Shown here: positions 1 to 9,422 of the stretch, piece by piece
How positions within the stretch are numbered: the stretch's first letter is position 1
How the letters are laid out: every line of letters starts with the position of its first letter
Assembly (NCBI GenBank): GCA_947632365.1
Contig: CANROZ010000001.1
Location: forward strand, 1-61,260
Source: an uncultured Oscillospiraceae bacterium
GTDB lineage: Bacteria > Bacillota > Clostridia > Oscillospirales > Oscillospiraceae
Length of the DNA stretch: 61,260 nucleotides
Direction of reading: 5' to 3'
Position numbers and translations under genes: made by a program
Notes under the pieces: model-generated
Seen by the model: the letters and a program-made list of their open reading frames with translations, nothing else
What the model was told of the DNA's origin: nothing
Database searches by the model: none

Positions 1-663
1 CGAAAGACCACGCAGGTGCGAAAATATGACTTTCTGCTGAAAGGGCTCATCTTCTGCCATGAGTGCGGCTATCCGCTGTGCGTGATAAACCGCAAGAACG
101 CAGCAGGGGAGGACGTTCTCTACTTCGTCTGCAGGACCTATCAACGGTTCACAAAGGCAGGCGTATGTACCAGCCACGCCATCAAGGAGAGTACAGTCAC
201 GGCGGCAGTCATCGACCAGATCCAGAAAGTCTGCCAGAAGTATCTGGATGCGGACGCCTTGCTTCCCGTGGCAGAGGCGGAAGTTGAAAAGGCACGACAA
301 GCAGAACGCCATGAAAACGAGCGTCAGGCCCTTCGGGGCAGGATCGAAAAGCTGACCGCCGACCTGGACAGGACGTACATGGATAAGCTGAACGGACTTT
401 TAGCGGAGGCAGACTTTGACCGCATATATGGCCGTATCAAGCAGGAGCGGCGCTCTCTGGAGGACCAACTGGCCAGCATGGAGGAGCCGGATGCCGCGCC
501 GGAAAAGCGGGAGGAACAGGCAAAGGCGCTTGTCCGCCGTTTCATAGACACGGCCTGGGTCAACAGGGAACTGCTGGTGAGTCTCATTGAAAGGGTAGAA
601 CTCACGGAGAACAAACAGATCATTATACGGTTTCGGTTCTGTGAATTGAACGACGTACAGTGA
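1..663 (+). CDS. large serine recombinase, C-terminal part (5' end cut by window edge)
   Basis: Frame is open from nt 1. Zinc-ribbon motif FCHECGYPL...FVCRTY, a long coiled-coil and an IIIRFRF tail are typical of TndX/SpoIVCA-type large serine recombinases. Confidence 0.8.
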   Translation, partial: RKTTQVRKYDFLLKGLIFCHECGYPLCVINRKNAAGEDVLYFVCRTYQRFTKAGVCTSHAIKESTVTAAVIDQIQKVCQKYLDADALLPVAEAEVEKARQAERHENERQALRGRIEKLTADLDRTYMDKLNGLLAEADFDRIYGRIKQERRSLEDQLASMEEPDAAPEKREEQAKALVRRFIDTAWVNRELLVSLIERVELTENKQIIIRFRFCELNDVQ

Positions 664-674
664 CACACGACCAC

Positions 675-694
675 CGCGCCACACGGCGCGTTTT
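675..694 (+). terminator. intrinsic terminator after the recombinase gene
   Basis: 6-bp GC stem CGCGCC/GGCGCG, loop ACAC, then TTTT, 12 nt after the stop codon. Confidence 0.5.
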
Positions 695-749
695 CAAGGC
701 CCAATCGCTTACAATCCCGGCGGCGGAAAGTCTCGCGCATCGAAAAAAG

Positions 750-777
750 GGCCCTGGAAAGGCTCCGGGGGCATTTT
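750..777 (+). terminator. second terminator-like hairpin (repeat family)
   Basis: GCCCTGGA-AAGG-CTCCGGGGGC followed by ATTTT. Nearly the same sequence occurs inverted at 24966-24986. Confidence 0.35.
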
Positions 778-856
778 GAGCCGTGAGAGGGGACAAAATA
801 TTGTGGAAGATGTCGAGGGCGGCATACAATTCTTAGTTAAAGAATTGAAAAAGGGC

Positions 857-885
857 TTGATTTATACTGGGATGTGTGGTATATT
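857..885 (+). promoter_or_regulatory. sigma-A type promoter of the rimP-nusA-infB operon
   Basis: TTGATT, 17-nt spacer, TATATT with an upstream TGn (extended -10), in an AT-rich gap. Confidence 0.5.
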
Positions 886-912
886 CATCCTAGCAATTGT
901 CTCTTTTACCTG

Positions 913-940
913 GAGTGGGTCTTGTCCCACTCTTTTTCTT
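913..940 (+). terminator. leader hairpin plus T-tract between promoter and rimP (candidate attenuator)
   Basis: GAGTGGG-TCTTGT-CCCACTC followed by TTTTTCTT, about 20 nt after the predicted TSS and 37 nt before the rimP ATG. Confidence 0.4.
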
Positions 941-976
941 GATGAAAAACAATTTGTCAGAAATTGGAAATTTTAT

Positions 977-1429
977 ATGAACCGTATTGAAAAGACAGTG
1001 TTGGACCTGGCCCAGCCCGTCGTGGAGCAGGCTGGTCTGGAGCTCTGGGACGTGGAGTATGTGACCGAGGGCGGCCAGCGGTATCTGCGGCTGTATCTGG
1101 ATGGGCCGGACGGGGTGGACCTGGACGCCTGCGAGCGCGTTTCCCGGGCCATGGATCCCATCCTGGACGAGGCGGACCCGGTGCCGGACAGCTACATTTT
1201 CGAGGTCAGCTCCGCCGGGTGCGAGAGGGCATTGAAGCGTCCGTCAGATTTTGAGCGTTTCCTGGGCTCCAATGTGGAGGTCAAGCTCTACAGCGCCGTG
1301 GACGGCGCCAAGCAGTGGGTCGGCACGCTCCTGGCCTATGAGGACGGGGATGTGACCGTCGATTCCGGCGGCGAGCGCCGCTTTGCAAAAAAACAAATCG
1401 CCAGCGTTCGGCTGCGCATGGAAATGTGA
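977..1429 (+). CDS. rimP: ribosome maturation factor RimP
   Basis: MNRIEKTVLDLAQPVVEQAGLELWDVEY... is RimP-like and sits directly upstream of nusA. Start refined to the internal ATG of track ORF 776..1429. Confidence 0.9.
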   Translation: MNRIEKTVLDLAQPVVEQAGLELWDVEYVTEGGQRYLRLYLDGPDGVDLDACERVSRAMDPILDEADPVPDSYIFEVSSAGCERALKRPSDFERFLGSNVEVKLYSAVDGAKQWVGTLLAYEDGDVTVDSGGERRFAKKQIASVRLRMEM

Positions 1430-1444
1430 ACGGAGGACAGAAAT

Positions 1445-2497
1445 ATGAACGCCGAATTTTTTGCCGCGATCGAGGACCTGGAACGGGAGAAGGGCATTCC
1501 CCGGGAATATATGTACGACAAGATCAATCAGGCCATGCTGGCCGCCTTCCGTAAGGACAATCCGGACGCGGCGGACAACGTGGTGGTGGAGCTTGACGAG
1601 GATAAAAAGAAGATCGAGATGTACGTGGTCACCGATGTGGTGGAGGAAGTGGAGAACCCCGCCACGCAGATGACCCTGGAGCAGGCCCACAAGATATCCA
1701 AGCGGGCCAAGGTGGGCGGCCAGATCAAGGTCCCCGTGAACACCAAGGAGCTGGGCCGCATCGCCGCCCAGAACGCCAAGCAGGTGATCATCCAGGGCAT
1801 TCGGGAGGCGGAGCGCGGGCTCATCTACGACGAGTTCACCAGCCACGAGCACGAGATCCTCACCGGAGAGGTAGCCCGCATCGATCCCCGCACCGGGAAC
1901 GTGTCCATGAAGATCAGCTCCAACGCGGAGTATACCGACGCGCTGCTGTCCGTCAACGAGCAGATACGGGACGAGGTACTGGTGGAGGGTCAGCGGCTGA
2001 AGGTATACGTGATCGAGGTGCGCAAGTCCTCCCGCGGTCCCCAGGTGCTCATCAGCCGGACCCATCCGGTGCTGGTGAAGAGGCTCTTCGAACTGGAGGT
2101 GCCGGAGATCGCCGACGGCACCGTGGAGATCATGTCCATCGCCCGTGAGGCGGGCTCCCGGACCAAGATGGCCGTGTGGAGCACTGCGCCGGACGTGGAC
2201 CCCATCGGTGCCTGTGTCGGCCCCCGGGGCGGGCGCGTGTCCAGCATCGTGGATGAGCTGGGCGGCGAGAAGATCGACATCGTCAAATACAGCGAGATAC
2301 CCGAGGAATATGTGGCCGCGGCCCTGTCCCCGGCGGAGGTGCTCAGCGTCTATATGGACGAGGAGGGCAAGAGCTGCCGGGTCATCGTGCCGGACAACCA
2401 GCTGTCCCTGGCCATCGGCAAGGAGGGCCAGAACGCCCGCCTGGCGGCCAAGCTGACAGGTATCAAGATCGACATCAAGCCCGAGAGCGAGGACTGA
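1445..2497 (+). CDS. nusA: transcription termination/antitermination factor NusA
   Basis: 350 aa with a NusA N-terminus and S1/KH-like regions ([20 protein letters not shown]), in the canonical operon position. Confidence 0.97.
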   Translation: MNAEFFAAIEDLEREKGIPREYMYDKINQAMLAAFRKDNPDAADNVVVELDEDKKKIEMYVVTDVVEEVENPATQMTLEQAHKISKRAKVGGQIKVPVNTKELGRIAAQNAKQVIIQGIREAERGLIYDEFTSHEHEILTGEVARIDPRTGNVSMKISSNAEYTDALLSVNEQIRDEVLVEGQRLKVYVIEVRKSSRGPQVLISRTHPVLVKRLFELEVPEIADGTVEIMSIAREAGSRTKMAVWSTAPDVDPIGACVGPRGGRVSSIVDELGGEKIDIVKYSEIPEEYVAAALSPAEVLSVYMDEEGKSCRVIVPDNQLSLAIGKEGQNARLAAKLTGIKIDIKPESED

Positions 2498-2500
2498 GCC

Positions 2501-2764
2501 ATGGCGGAGCCTGTGCGCATGTGCGTGGGATGCCGCGCGCACGAGCCAAAAAAGGAATTGATACGTATCGTCCGCACCCCGAACGGCGAGATCGTGGCCG
2601 ACGCCAAGGGGAAGACCCCCGGCCGGGGCGCCTACATCTGCCGGAAGGCGGCATGCCTGGAGAAGGCCCGCAAGAGCAGGGCTCTGGAGCGGATGCTGAA
2701 TACCCCCATCAGCCCGGAGACCTATGCGTCTCTGGCGGCGGCTGTGGAGGCGGCGGATGGATAA
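2501..2764 (+). CDS. ylxR: YlxR/RnpM family (DUF448) RNA-binding protein
   Basis: RMCVGCR...KKELIRIV...GRGAYIC motif, located between nusA and infB. Confidence 0.9.
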   Translation: MAEPVRMCVGCRAHEPKKELIRIVRTPNGEIVADAKGKTPGRGAYICRKAACLEKARKSRALERMLNTPISPETYASLAAAVEAADG

Positions 2765-3086
2765 GGCCCTGGGATACCTGGGCCTGGCCGCCCGGGCCGG
2801 AAAGCTGCGGGTGGGCGCGGAGGACTGCCGCAAGGAGCTTGTCCGCCGCCGCGCCGGAAAACTGCTGGCGGCGTCGGATGCGGCGGCGAATACGCTGGAA
2901 CAGGCGAGAGAGATGTGCAGGGGCAGAGAGGAGATGCTCCTTCGCACCCACTATACAAAGATGGATATCGCCCATGCCATCGGACGGGGCACTCCCGTCG
3001 CGCTGGCGCTGATATGTGACGAAGGCCTGGCGAAGGCGTTTGCGGCGGCCGCGGAATCGGATCGAGAACAGGAGGAGCGAGTATGA
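2757..3086 (+). CDS. ylxQ: L7Ae-family ribosomal-protein-like YlxQ
   Basis: [17 protein letters not shown]... The ATG overlaps the ylxR stop; conserved nusA-ylxR-ylxQ-infB order. Start refined from track ORF 2724. Confidence 0.85.
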   Translation: MDKALGYLGLAARAGKLRVGAEDCRKELVRRRAGKLLAASDAAANTLEQAREMCRGREEMLLRTHYTKMDIAHAIGRGTPVALALICDEGLAKAFAAAAESDREQEERV

Positions 3087-5422
3087 GTAGTTTGGTAAAA
3101 TACCGTGTGCACGAGGTGGCGAAGGACTTTGGCGTCACCTCCAAGGTCATCACGGAGATATTGACGGAGTATGCCACCACCCCCAAGAACCACATGCAGG
3201 TGCTGGAGGATGAGGAGCTGAGCATCATCTTCGAGTATCTGACCCAGCACAACCAGGTGGAGAGCATCGCGGAGATCTTTGCCGACACAGCGGCGAAGCC
3301 CGCGCCGGCCGAGAGCGCGCCCAAACAGGAACAGCCCCAGGCCCAGGCAAAGCCTGGGCAGAAGGCACCTGCCGCCGCTGCCCCCGCGCCCCAGCCGCCC
3401 AAACAGCCCAAGCCGGATAAGCCCCATGTTCCCAAGCAGATGCCGGAGAAGAAGGTGGTGGACACCCGTGGCACCGCCAACACCAATCTCTCCAAGTACG
3501 ACGAGCGTTTCGACCGCATGGCCGGCGACCGCGCCGACCGGATGAAGCGGGGCAAGGAGAAGATCGGCTCTCGTAACAAGCAGCGGCCCAACACCGCCGC
3601 CGCCAGCGCCAAGCGCCGGCAGGAGGAGCGGGACAAGATGCAGCGGCTCCAGTTCGAGATCGCCAAGAAGGCCCCCACCCGGGTGCAGATCCCCGACGAG
3701 ATCTCCGTGCAGGAGCTGGCCGTGCGGATGAAGAAGTCCGGCGCGGAGGTGGTCCGCAAGCTGGTCCGGATGGGCGTGATGGCAGGTCTGCCGGACGTGA
3801 TCGACTACGACACCGCCGCCCTGGTGGCTATGGAGTTCAACTGCAAGGTGGAGCACGAGGTGGTCGTGACCGTGGAGGAGCGGCTCATCGACGACCACGT
3901 GGACACGGAGGAGGAGCTGCAGCCCAGGGCCCCCGTGGTGGTGGTCATGGGCCACGTGGACCACGGCAAGACCTCGCTGCTGGACTATATCCGCAACACC
4001 AAGGTGGCAGCCGGCGAGGCCGGCGGCATCACCCAGGCCATCGGCGCCTACGTGGTGGACATCGGCGGCAGCCCCGTCACCTTCCTGGACACGCCGGGCC
4101 ATGAGGCGTTCACCTCCATGCGTGCCCGGGGCGCCATGGTGACGGACGTGGCCATCCTGGTGGTGGCCGCCACCGAGGGCATCAAGCCCCAGACCGTGGA
4201 GTCCATCAACCACGCCAAGGCCGCTGGCATCCCCATCGTGGTGGCCATCAACAAAATGGATATGCCCGGCGCCAACGCCGAGCGTGTGAAGCAGGAACTG
4301 ACCGAGTACGAGCTGGTGCCCGAAGAGTGGGGCGGAGAGACCATCGTGTGTCCCATCTCCGCCAAGACGGGCGAGGGCGTGGAGTCACTGCTGGAGATGC
4401 TGGCATTGCAGACCGAGATGCTGGGCCTGCGGGCCAACCCTGACCGCGCCGCCAGCGGCGCGGTCATCGAGGCGCGGCTGGATAAGGGCCGCGGCCCCAT
4501 CATGACCGTGCTGGTGCAAAACGGCACCCTGAAGCAGGGCGACGTGATTATCGCAGGCACGGCGGTGGGCCGTGTGCGCACCATGATCAATGACAAAGGC
4601 CAGCGGGTCACCGAGGCTGGCCCCTCCGTGCCTGTGGAGATCGCGGGCATGAGCGAGGTGCCGAATGCCGGCGACACCTTCAACGCCGTGGCCGACGAGC
4701 GCATGGCCCGGGAGCTGGTGGAGGAGCGCAAGGCCAAGGAGAAGCTGGCCGCCAACACCGCCCCCAAGAAGGTATCCCTGGACGATCTTTTCGCCCGCAT
4801 CCAGGAGGGTGAGATGAAGGACTTCAACATCATCGTCAAGGCCGACGTGAAGGGCAGCGCCGAGGCGGTGAAGGCATCTTTGGAGAAGCTCTCCAACGAG
4901 GAGGTCCGTGTCCGGGTCATCCACTGTGCCGTGGGTGCCATCAATGAGTCCGACGTGATGCTGGCCTCCACCTCCGGCGCGGTGATCGTGGGCTTCAACG
5001 TGCGGCCGGAGAACGCCGCCCGGGACAGCGCCTCCCGCGACCACGTGGATATCCGGCTCTATCGGGTCATCTACGACTGCATCAACGAGATCGAGGCGGC
5101 CATGAAGGGCATGCTGGCCCCCAAGTTCCAGGAGAAGCTCATCGGCCACGCCGAGGTCCGCCAGACCTACAAGGTCTCCAAGGTGGGCACCGTCTGCGGC
5201 TGCTATGTGCTGGACGGCAAGATCCAGCGCAGCTGCAAGGTCCGGGTCCTGCGGGACAATATCGTGGTCTACGAGGGCGATTTGGCCAGTCTGCGCCGCT
5301 TCAAGGACGACGTGCGTGAGGTGGCCGCTGGATACGAGTGCGGCATGCAGGTGGATAAGTTCAACGATATCAAGGAGCAGGATGTCATCGAGTGCTTTGT
5401 GATGGAGCAGATCAATGCCTAA
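3083..5422 (+). CDS. infB: translation initiation factor IF-2
   Basis: 779 aa with a Pro/Ala/Gln-rich linker and GTPase motifs GHVDHGKT, DTPGH, NKMD. Confidence 0.98.
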   Translation: MSSLVKYRVHEVAKDFGVTSKVITEILTEYATTPKNHMQVLEDEELSIIFEYLTQHNQVESIAEIFADTAAKPAPAESAPKQEQPQAQAKPGQKAPAAAAPAPQPPKQPKPDKPHVPKQMPEKKVVDTRGTANTNLSKYDERFDRMAGDRADRMKRGKEKIGSRNKQRPNTAAASAKRRQEERDKMQRLQFEIAKKAPTRVQIPDEISVQELAVRMKKSGAEVVRKLVRMGVMAGLPDVIDYDTAALVAMEFNCKVEHEVVVTVEERLIDDHVDTEEELQPRAPVVVVMGHVDHGKTSLLDYIRNTKVAAGEAGGITQAIGAYVVDIGGSPVTFLDTPGHEAFTSMRARGAMVTDVAILVVAATEGIKPQTVESINHAKAAGIPIVVAINKMDMPGANAERVKQELTEYELVPEEWGGETIVCPISAKTGEGVESLLEMLALQTEMLGLRANPDRAASGAVIEARLDKGRGPIMTVLVQNGTLKQGDVIIAGTAVGRVRTMINDKGQRVTEAGPSVPVEIAGMSEVPNAGDTFNAVADERMARELVEERKAKEKLAANTAPKKVSLDDLFARIQEGEMKDFNIIVKADVKGSAEAVKASLEKLSNEEVRVRVIHCAVGAINESDVMLASTSGAVIVGFNVRPENAARDSASRDHVDIRLYRVIYDCINEIEAAMKGMLAPKFQEKLIGHAEVRQTYKVSKVGTVCGCYVLDGKIQRSCKVRVLRDNIVVYEGDLASLRRFKDDVREVAAGYECGMQVDKFNDIKEQDVIECFVMEQINA

Positions 5423-5783
5423 CTATCACATCGACCGGATCAACGACGACATCCGCCGGGTGCTGGCGGAAAAATTACGGGAGATCAAAGATCCCCGTGT
5501 CCAGCAGGGCGCCATGCTCACCGTGACCCACACCGACACCACCAACGACCTGCGCCACTGCAAGGTATATGTCAGCGTGCTGGGGGCGTTTGACGAGAAG
5601 CAACTGATGAAGGGCCTGAAGTCCATTTCCGGCTATCTGCGCCGGGAGCTGGGCCAAAGCCTGGACCTGCGGTACACCCCGGAGCTGACCTTCATCCTGG
5701 ACGATTCCATCGCCCACGGAGCCTATATCAACCGTCTGATCAACGATCTGGGTATTCAACATGACGACGATGACCCTCAATGA
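5415..5783 (+). CDS. rbfA: ribosome-binding factor A
   Basis: 122 aa, RINDDIRRVLAEKL..., overlaps the infB stop. Confidence 0.95.
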   Translation: MPNYHIDRINDDIRRVLAEKLREIKDPRVQQGAMLTVTHTDTTNDLRHCKVYVSVLGAFDEKQLMKGLKSISGYLRRELGQSLDLRYTPELTFILDDSIAHGAYINRLINDLGIQHDDDDPQ

Positions 5784-6705
5784 CTGCCTGACCTTTTTAA
5801 AAGACAACGACGGATATCTGCTCTTGACACATATCCGCCCGGACGGCGACACGCTTGGCAGTGCCGCCGCCCTTTGTCATATCCTGCGCCGGATGGGGAA
5901 GAGGGCATATCTCTATCCCAATCCCCAGGTGACGGCCACATACGCCCCCTTCATGGCGCCCTATATCGCGCCGGAGGGCTTTCGGCACGACACGCTGGTA
6001 TCCGTGGACCTGGCGGCGGAAAATCTCTTTCCGGAGGGGTTCAAGCGCTCTGCGGTGGCGCTGTGCATCGACCACCACCCCACCAACACCGGGTATGCCA
6101 AGCGGCTGCTGTGCCAGCCGGACAAGGCCTCCTGCGGGGAGATCATATTGCAGCTGGCCAAGGCCCTGGACCTGCTGGATGAGCAGACGGCGAGCCTTCT
6201 CTACATGGCCGTGTCTACGGACTGCGGCTGCTTCGTCTATGCCAACACCAATGCGGACACCCACCGGGCCGCGGCGGAGCTCATCGAGGCGGGGGCAGAC
6301 TACAAAAAGCTCAATAAGCTGCTTTTCCGCACCTTCGCCTATTCCCGGCTGCTGCTGGAGGGGGCCATTTACGCGGGATTGCGCCGCTACGGCCCTGACG
6401 GCTGCGTGACGGTGGCCACGGTGACGCTGCAGATGCTGGCCGACGCGGGGGCCACGGAGGATGACTGCGAGGACCTGGCGTCCCTGGCGGGACGTGTGGC
6501 GGGCAACCGGGTGAGCGTGACCATCCGGGAGCTGCGGCCCGGCGTGTGCAAGCTGAGCCTGCGCAGCGGGGAGGACTTTGACAGCTCCGCCGTCTGCGCC
6601 CTCCACGGGGGCGGCGGCCATAAGATGGCCTCCGGCTGCACCATCCACGCCGACCCGGACAAGACCCGGGACATCATCGTCCGGGATATCCTGGAGGCGC
6701 TCTGA
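5761..6705 (+). CDS. nrnA: DHH/DHHA1 phosphoesterase (NrnA-like nanoRNase/pAp phosphatase)
   Basis: HIRPDGDTLGS, DHH (IDHHPTN) and GGGH motifs, in the conserved position after rbfA. Confidence 0.85.
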   Translation: MTTMTLNDCLTFLKDNDGYLLLTHIRPDGDTLGSAAALCHILRRMGKRAYLYPNPQVTATYAPFMAPYIAPEGFRHDTLVSVDLAAENLFPEGFKRSAVALCIDHHPTNTGYAKRLLCQPDKASCGEIILQLAKALDLLDEQTASLLYMAVSTDCGCFVYANTNADTHRAAAELIEAGADYKKLNKLLFRTFAYSRLLLEGAIYAGLRRYGPDGCVTVATVTLQMLADAGATEDDCEDLASLAGRVAGNRVSVTIRELRPGVCKLSLRSGEDFDSSAVCALHGGGGHKMASGCTIHADPDKTRDIIVRDILEAL

Positions 6706-7397
6706 TGGACGGTCTCCTGCTTGTGGACAAGCCCGCGGAGTGGACCAGTATGGACGTGTGCGCCCATCTGCGGGGGGTGCTCCACGAAAAGCACATCGGC
6801 CACACGGGCACCCTGGACCCCAACGCCACGGGGCTGCTGGTGGTTCTGGTGGGCAAGGGCACCAAGGCCGCCAAATACGCGGAAAACGACACGAAGGAAT
6901 ACATAGCCCGGCTGCGACTTGGCGTCGCCACGGACACCCAGGATATCTGGGGCAACGTGCTGGAGCAAAAGGACGGCACGCGCACCCGGGAGCAGATCGA
7001 GGCGGTGCTGGACCAGTTTCGCGGCCCCATCCTGCAGCTGCCGCCCATGTATTCCGCCATCAAGATACGGGGCAAAAAGCTCTATGAGATCGCCCGGCGG
7101 GGCGGCAGCGTGGAGCGCGAGCCCCGCCCCATCACCATCCACCGCCTGGCCGTCACGGACCGGGACGGGGCGGGGGACTGGGGCCTGGAGATCGAGTGCT
7201 CCAAGGGCACCTATATCCGCACCCTCTGCGCCGACATTGGCGCGGCGCTTGGCTGCGGCGGGTGCATGAGCGCTCTGCGCCGTGTGCGGGCCGGACGGTT
7301 CACCGTCGCCCAGGCCCATACGCTGGAAGAAATTCGCTCCGACCCGGAGAGGTACATCCTGCCGCTGGAGCTCATCACCCAAGGGGGACAGATATAA
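6705..7397 (+). CDS. truB: tRNA pseudouridine(55) synthase TruB (short, no PUA domain)
   Basis: LLVDKP..WTS, HTGTLDPNATG catalytic Asp motif, SKGTYIRTL. The product is only 230 aa. Confidence 0.93.
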   Translation: MDGLLLVDKPAEWTSMDVCAHLRGVLHEKHIGHTGTLDPNATGLLVVLVGKGTKAAKYAENDTKEYIARLRLGVATDTQDIWGNVLEQKDGTRTREQIEAVLDQFRGPILQLPPMYSAIKIRGKKLYEIARRGGSVEREPRPITIHRLAVTDRDGAGDWGLEIECSKGTYIRTLCADIGAALGCGGCMSALRRVRAGRFTVAQAHTLEEIRSDPERYILPLELITQGGQI

Positions 7398-8308
7398 TGG
7401 AGAGCTTGCGGCGCGTGGTCGCTCTTGGTTTTTTTGACGGCGTGCATCTGGGCCACCAGGCCCTGATGCGCAAGGCCCGGGAGCAGGCCGAACGCTTGGG
7501 CGCGGTGCCCGCTGTGGTCACCTTCGACGCCCACCCGGACATATTCGTTTTCGGCACTGACGTGCCCCTTCTCAGCACCAATGCCGGGCGCAAGGGGCTC
7601 ATCTCCAGCGTGGGCGGCATCGACGATATCGTGATGCTCCACTTTGACCATCAGTTCATGCAGACGCCCTGGACCGACTTTATCCGCACCGTGGTGGACA
7701 GCCTGGGAGCCGTCCATCTGGTGATGGGCAAGGACTTTTCCTGCGGCTGGCGGGGCGAGGGCAAGGCCGAGCGTATCGCCGCCTGGTGTGAGGAAAATGG
7801 CGTTGGCTGCGACATCGTGGACCAGGTGAAGCTGGACGGCACCGTCGTCAGCTCCACCCACATCCGGTCGCTGATCACGGCAGGGGATATGGAGGAGGCC
7901 GCCCGTTTTCTGGGCCATCCCTTCTCTCTGTCCGACCTGGTGGTGCACGGCTACCAGCGGGGACGGCGCATGGGCATCCCCACCATCAATTTCCCCATCC
8001 CGGAGGGCGTGATCGTGCCCCGGCACGGGGTCTACGCCAGCCGTGCCTGGCTCCGGTCCGGGCCCCTGCCCGCCATCACCAACGTGGGCGTACGGCCCAC
8101 CTTCGACGGAGACAGCGCCCTGACGGTGGAGACCAATCTACTGGACTTTGACGGCCAGCTCTACGGCACCACGGTGCGGGTGGATCTGCTGCATTTTCTG
8201 CGGGACGAGGCCCGTTTCCCGTCGCCGGAGGCGCTGGCGGCGCAGATACAGCGGGACATCGACGAGACGCGCCGCTATTTTGACGGCGGAAAGGGAACGG
8301 CAAAATGA
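7397..8308 (+). CDS. ribF: bifunctional riboflavin kinase / FMN adenylyltransferase
   Basis: ALGFFDGVHLGHQ N-terminus and a kinase C-terminal half. Start refined to ATG 7397, overlapping the truB stop. Confidence 0.93.
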   Translation: MESLRRVVALGFFDGVHLGHQALMRKAREQAERLGAVPAVVTFDAHPDIFVFGTDVPLLSTNAGRKGLISSVGGIDDIVMLHFDHQFMQTPWTDFIRTVVDSLGAVHLVMGKDFSCGWRGEGKAERIAAWCEENGVGCDIVDQVKLDGTVVSSTHIRSLITAGDMEEAARFLGHPFSLSDLVVHGYQRGRRMGIPTINFPIPEGVIVPRHGVYASRAWLRSGPLPAITNVGVRPTFDGDSALTVETNLLDFDGQLYGTTVRVDLLHFLRDEARFPSPEALAAQIQRDIDETRRYFDGGKGTAK

Positions 8309-8817
8309 GGATCCTGGGCATCGACCCCGGCGTGGGCACGGTGGGCTTTGGCGTGGTGGACACGGTGAAGGGGAAGAATACCTACGTGGCCTGCGGCGCC
8401 ATCACCACGCCCGCCAACACGCCTCTGTCGCCCCGGCTGGACATGATCTACAACGATCTCAACGAGCTGATCGTCACCTTTTCCCCGGACGCCATCTCGG
8501 TGGAGGAGCTGTTTTTCTCCAAGAACATCACCACAGGCATCGCCGTGGCCCATGGGCGGGGCGTGATCCTGCTCAGCGCCTACCGCAGCGGCGTGCCTGT
8601 CTATGAGTACACGCCCATGCAGGTGAAACAGGCCGTGGTGGGCTACGGCAACGCCAAGAAGAACCAAGTCATTTACATGGTGCAGAAGCTGCTGAATATG
8701 AAAGCGCCGCCCAAGCCGGACGACGCCGCCGATGCTCTGGCCCTGGCCATCTGCCACGCCCGGAGCATGACCAGCCGCCTTGCGGAGGGAGGGAACGACA
8801 CATGTTCTACCATCTGA
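8305..8817 (+). CDS. ruvC: Holliday junction resolvase RuvC
   Basis: MRILGIDPG...GYGNAKK...DAADALALAICH. Confidence 0.95.
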   Translation: MRILGIDPGVGTVGFGVVDTVKGKNTYVACGAITTPANTPLSPRLDMIYNDLNELIVTFSPDAISVEELFFSKNITTGIAVAHGRGVILLSAYRSGVPVYEYTPMQVKQAVVGYGNAKKNQVIYMVQKLLNMKAPPKPDDAADALALAICHARSMTSRLAEGGNDTCSTI

Positions 8818-9407
8818 ACGGGACCGTCACGGACCTGGAGCCCAATCTGGCCATCATCGACTGCGGAGGCGTGGGCTTCGCGGTGAATACCACCGCCTCT
8901 ACCGTGGGCCGCCTGCACCGAGGGGAGAGAGCAAAGCTCTACATCTGCGAGCAGGTGCGGGAGGACGCCTTTGACCTCTATGGCTTTGCCACGGCGGAGG
9001 AGAAGCGCTGCTTCGAGATGCTCATCTCCGTATCCGGCGTGGGGCCCAAGGCCGCCGTGGCCATCCTCTCCGCCAACACCACGGAGCGTGTGTGCATGGC
9101 CATCGTCAGCGACGACGAACGGGTGCTCACCGCGGCCCCGGGCGTGGGAAAGCGCCTGGCCCAGCGGATCATCCTGGAGCTGAAGGATAAGATACAAAAG
9201 CAGTCCGAGACCCTGTCCGTGCCCGGCATGCCCGCGGCGGCCGCGGGGGATGGGGAAGGGCAGTCGAAGCTGGCCGACGTGATGAGCGCGCTCACCGTAT
9301 TGGGCTATAGCCGTAGCGAGTGCGCCGCCGCTCTGAAGGGCCTGGACCTGGAGACGATGGGGCTGGAGGACGCCATCCGCGCCGCGCTCAAGAACATGAT
9401 GAGATAA
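8802..9407 (+). CDS. ruvA: Holliday junction branch migration protein RuvA
   Basis: MFYHLNGTV...GVGF...GVGPKAA...GVGKRLAQRI. Confidence 0.95.
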   Translation: MFYHLNGTVTDLEPNLAIIDCGGVGFAVNTTASTVGRLHRGERAKLYICEQVREDAFDLYGFATAEEKRCFEMLISVSGVGPKAAVAILSANTTERVCMAIVSDDERVLTAAPGVGKRLAQRIILELKDKIQKQSETLSVPGMPAAAAGDGEGQSKLADVMSALTVLGYSRSECAAALKGLDLETMGLEDAIRAALKNMMR

Positions 9408-9422
9408 GGGGGGCGAGACCCA

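Noticed and set aside
776-976. N-terminal extension of rimP in the track ORF (TTG start at 776)
   Set aside because: The extension covers the AT-rich promoter and leader hairpin. RimP homology starts at ATG 977.
3290-3440. Pro/Ala/Gln/Lys-rich low-complexity coding stretch in infB
   Set aside because: This is the normal variable linker of IF-2 N-terminal regions, with no repeat unit or separate function evident.
1244-4213. Long antisense ORFs (1244..2947 and 2951..4213 on the - strand, 567 and 420 aa) opposite nusA and infB
   Set aside because: They are shadow ORFs typical of GC-rich DNA. The products are low-complexity and Arg/Gly/His/Leu-rich with no motifs, while the sense strand encodes unmistakable NusA and IF-2.
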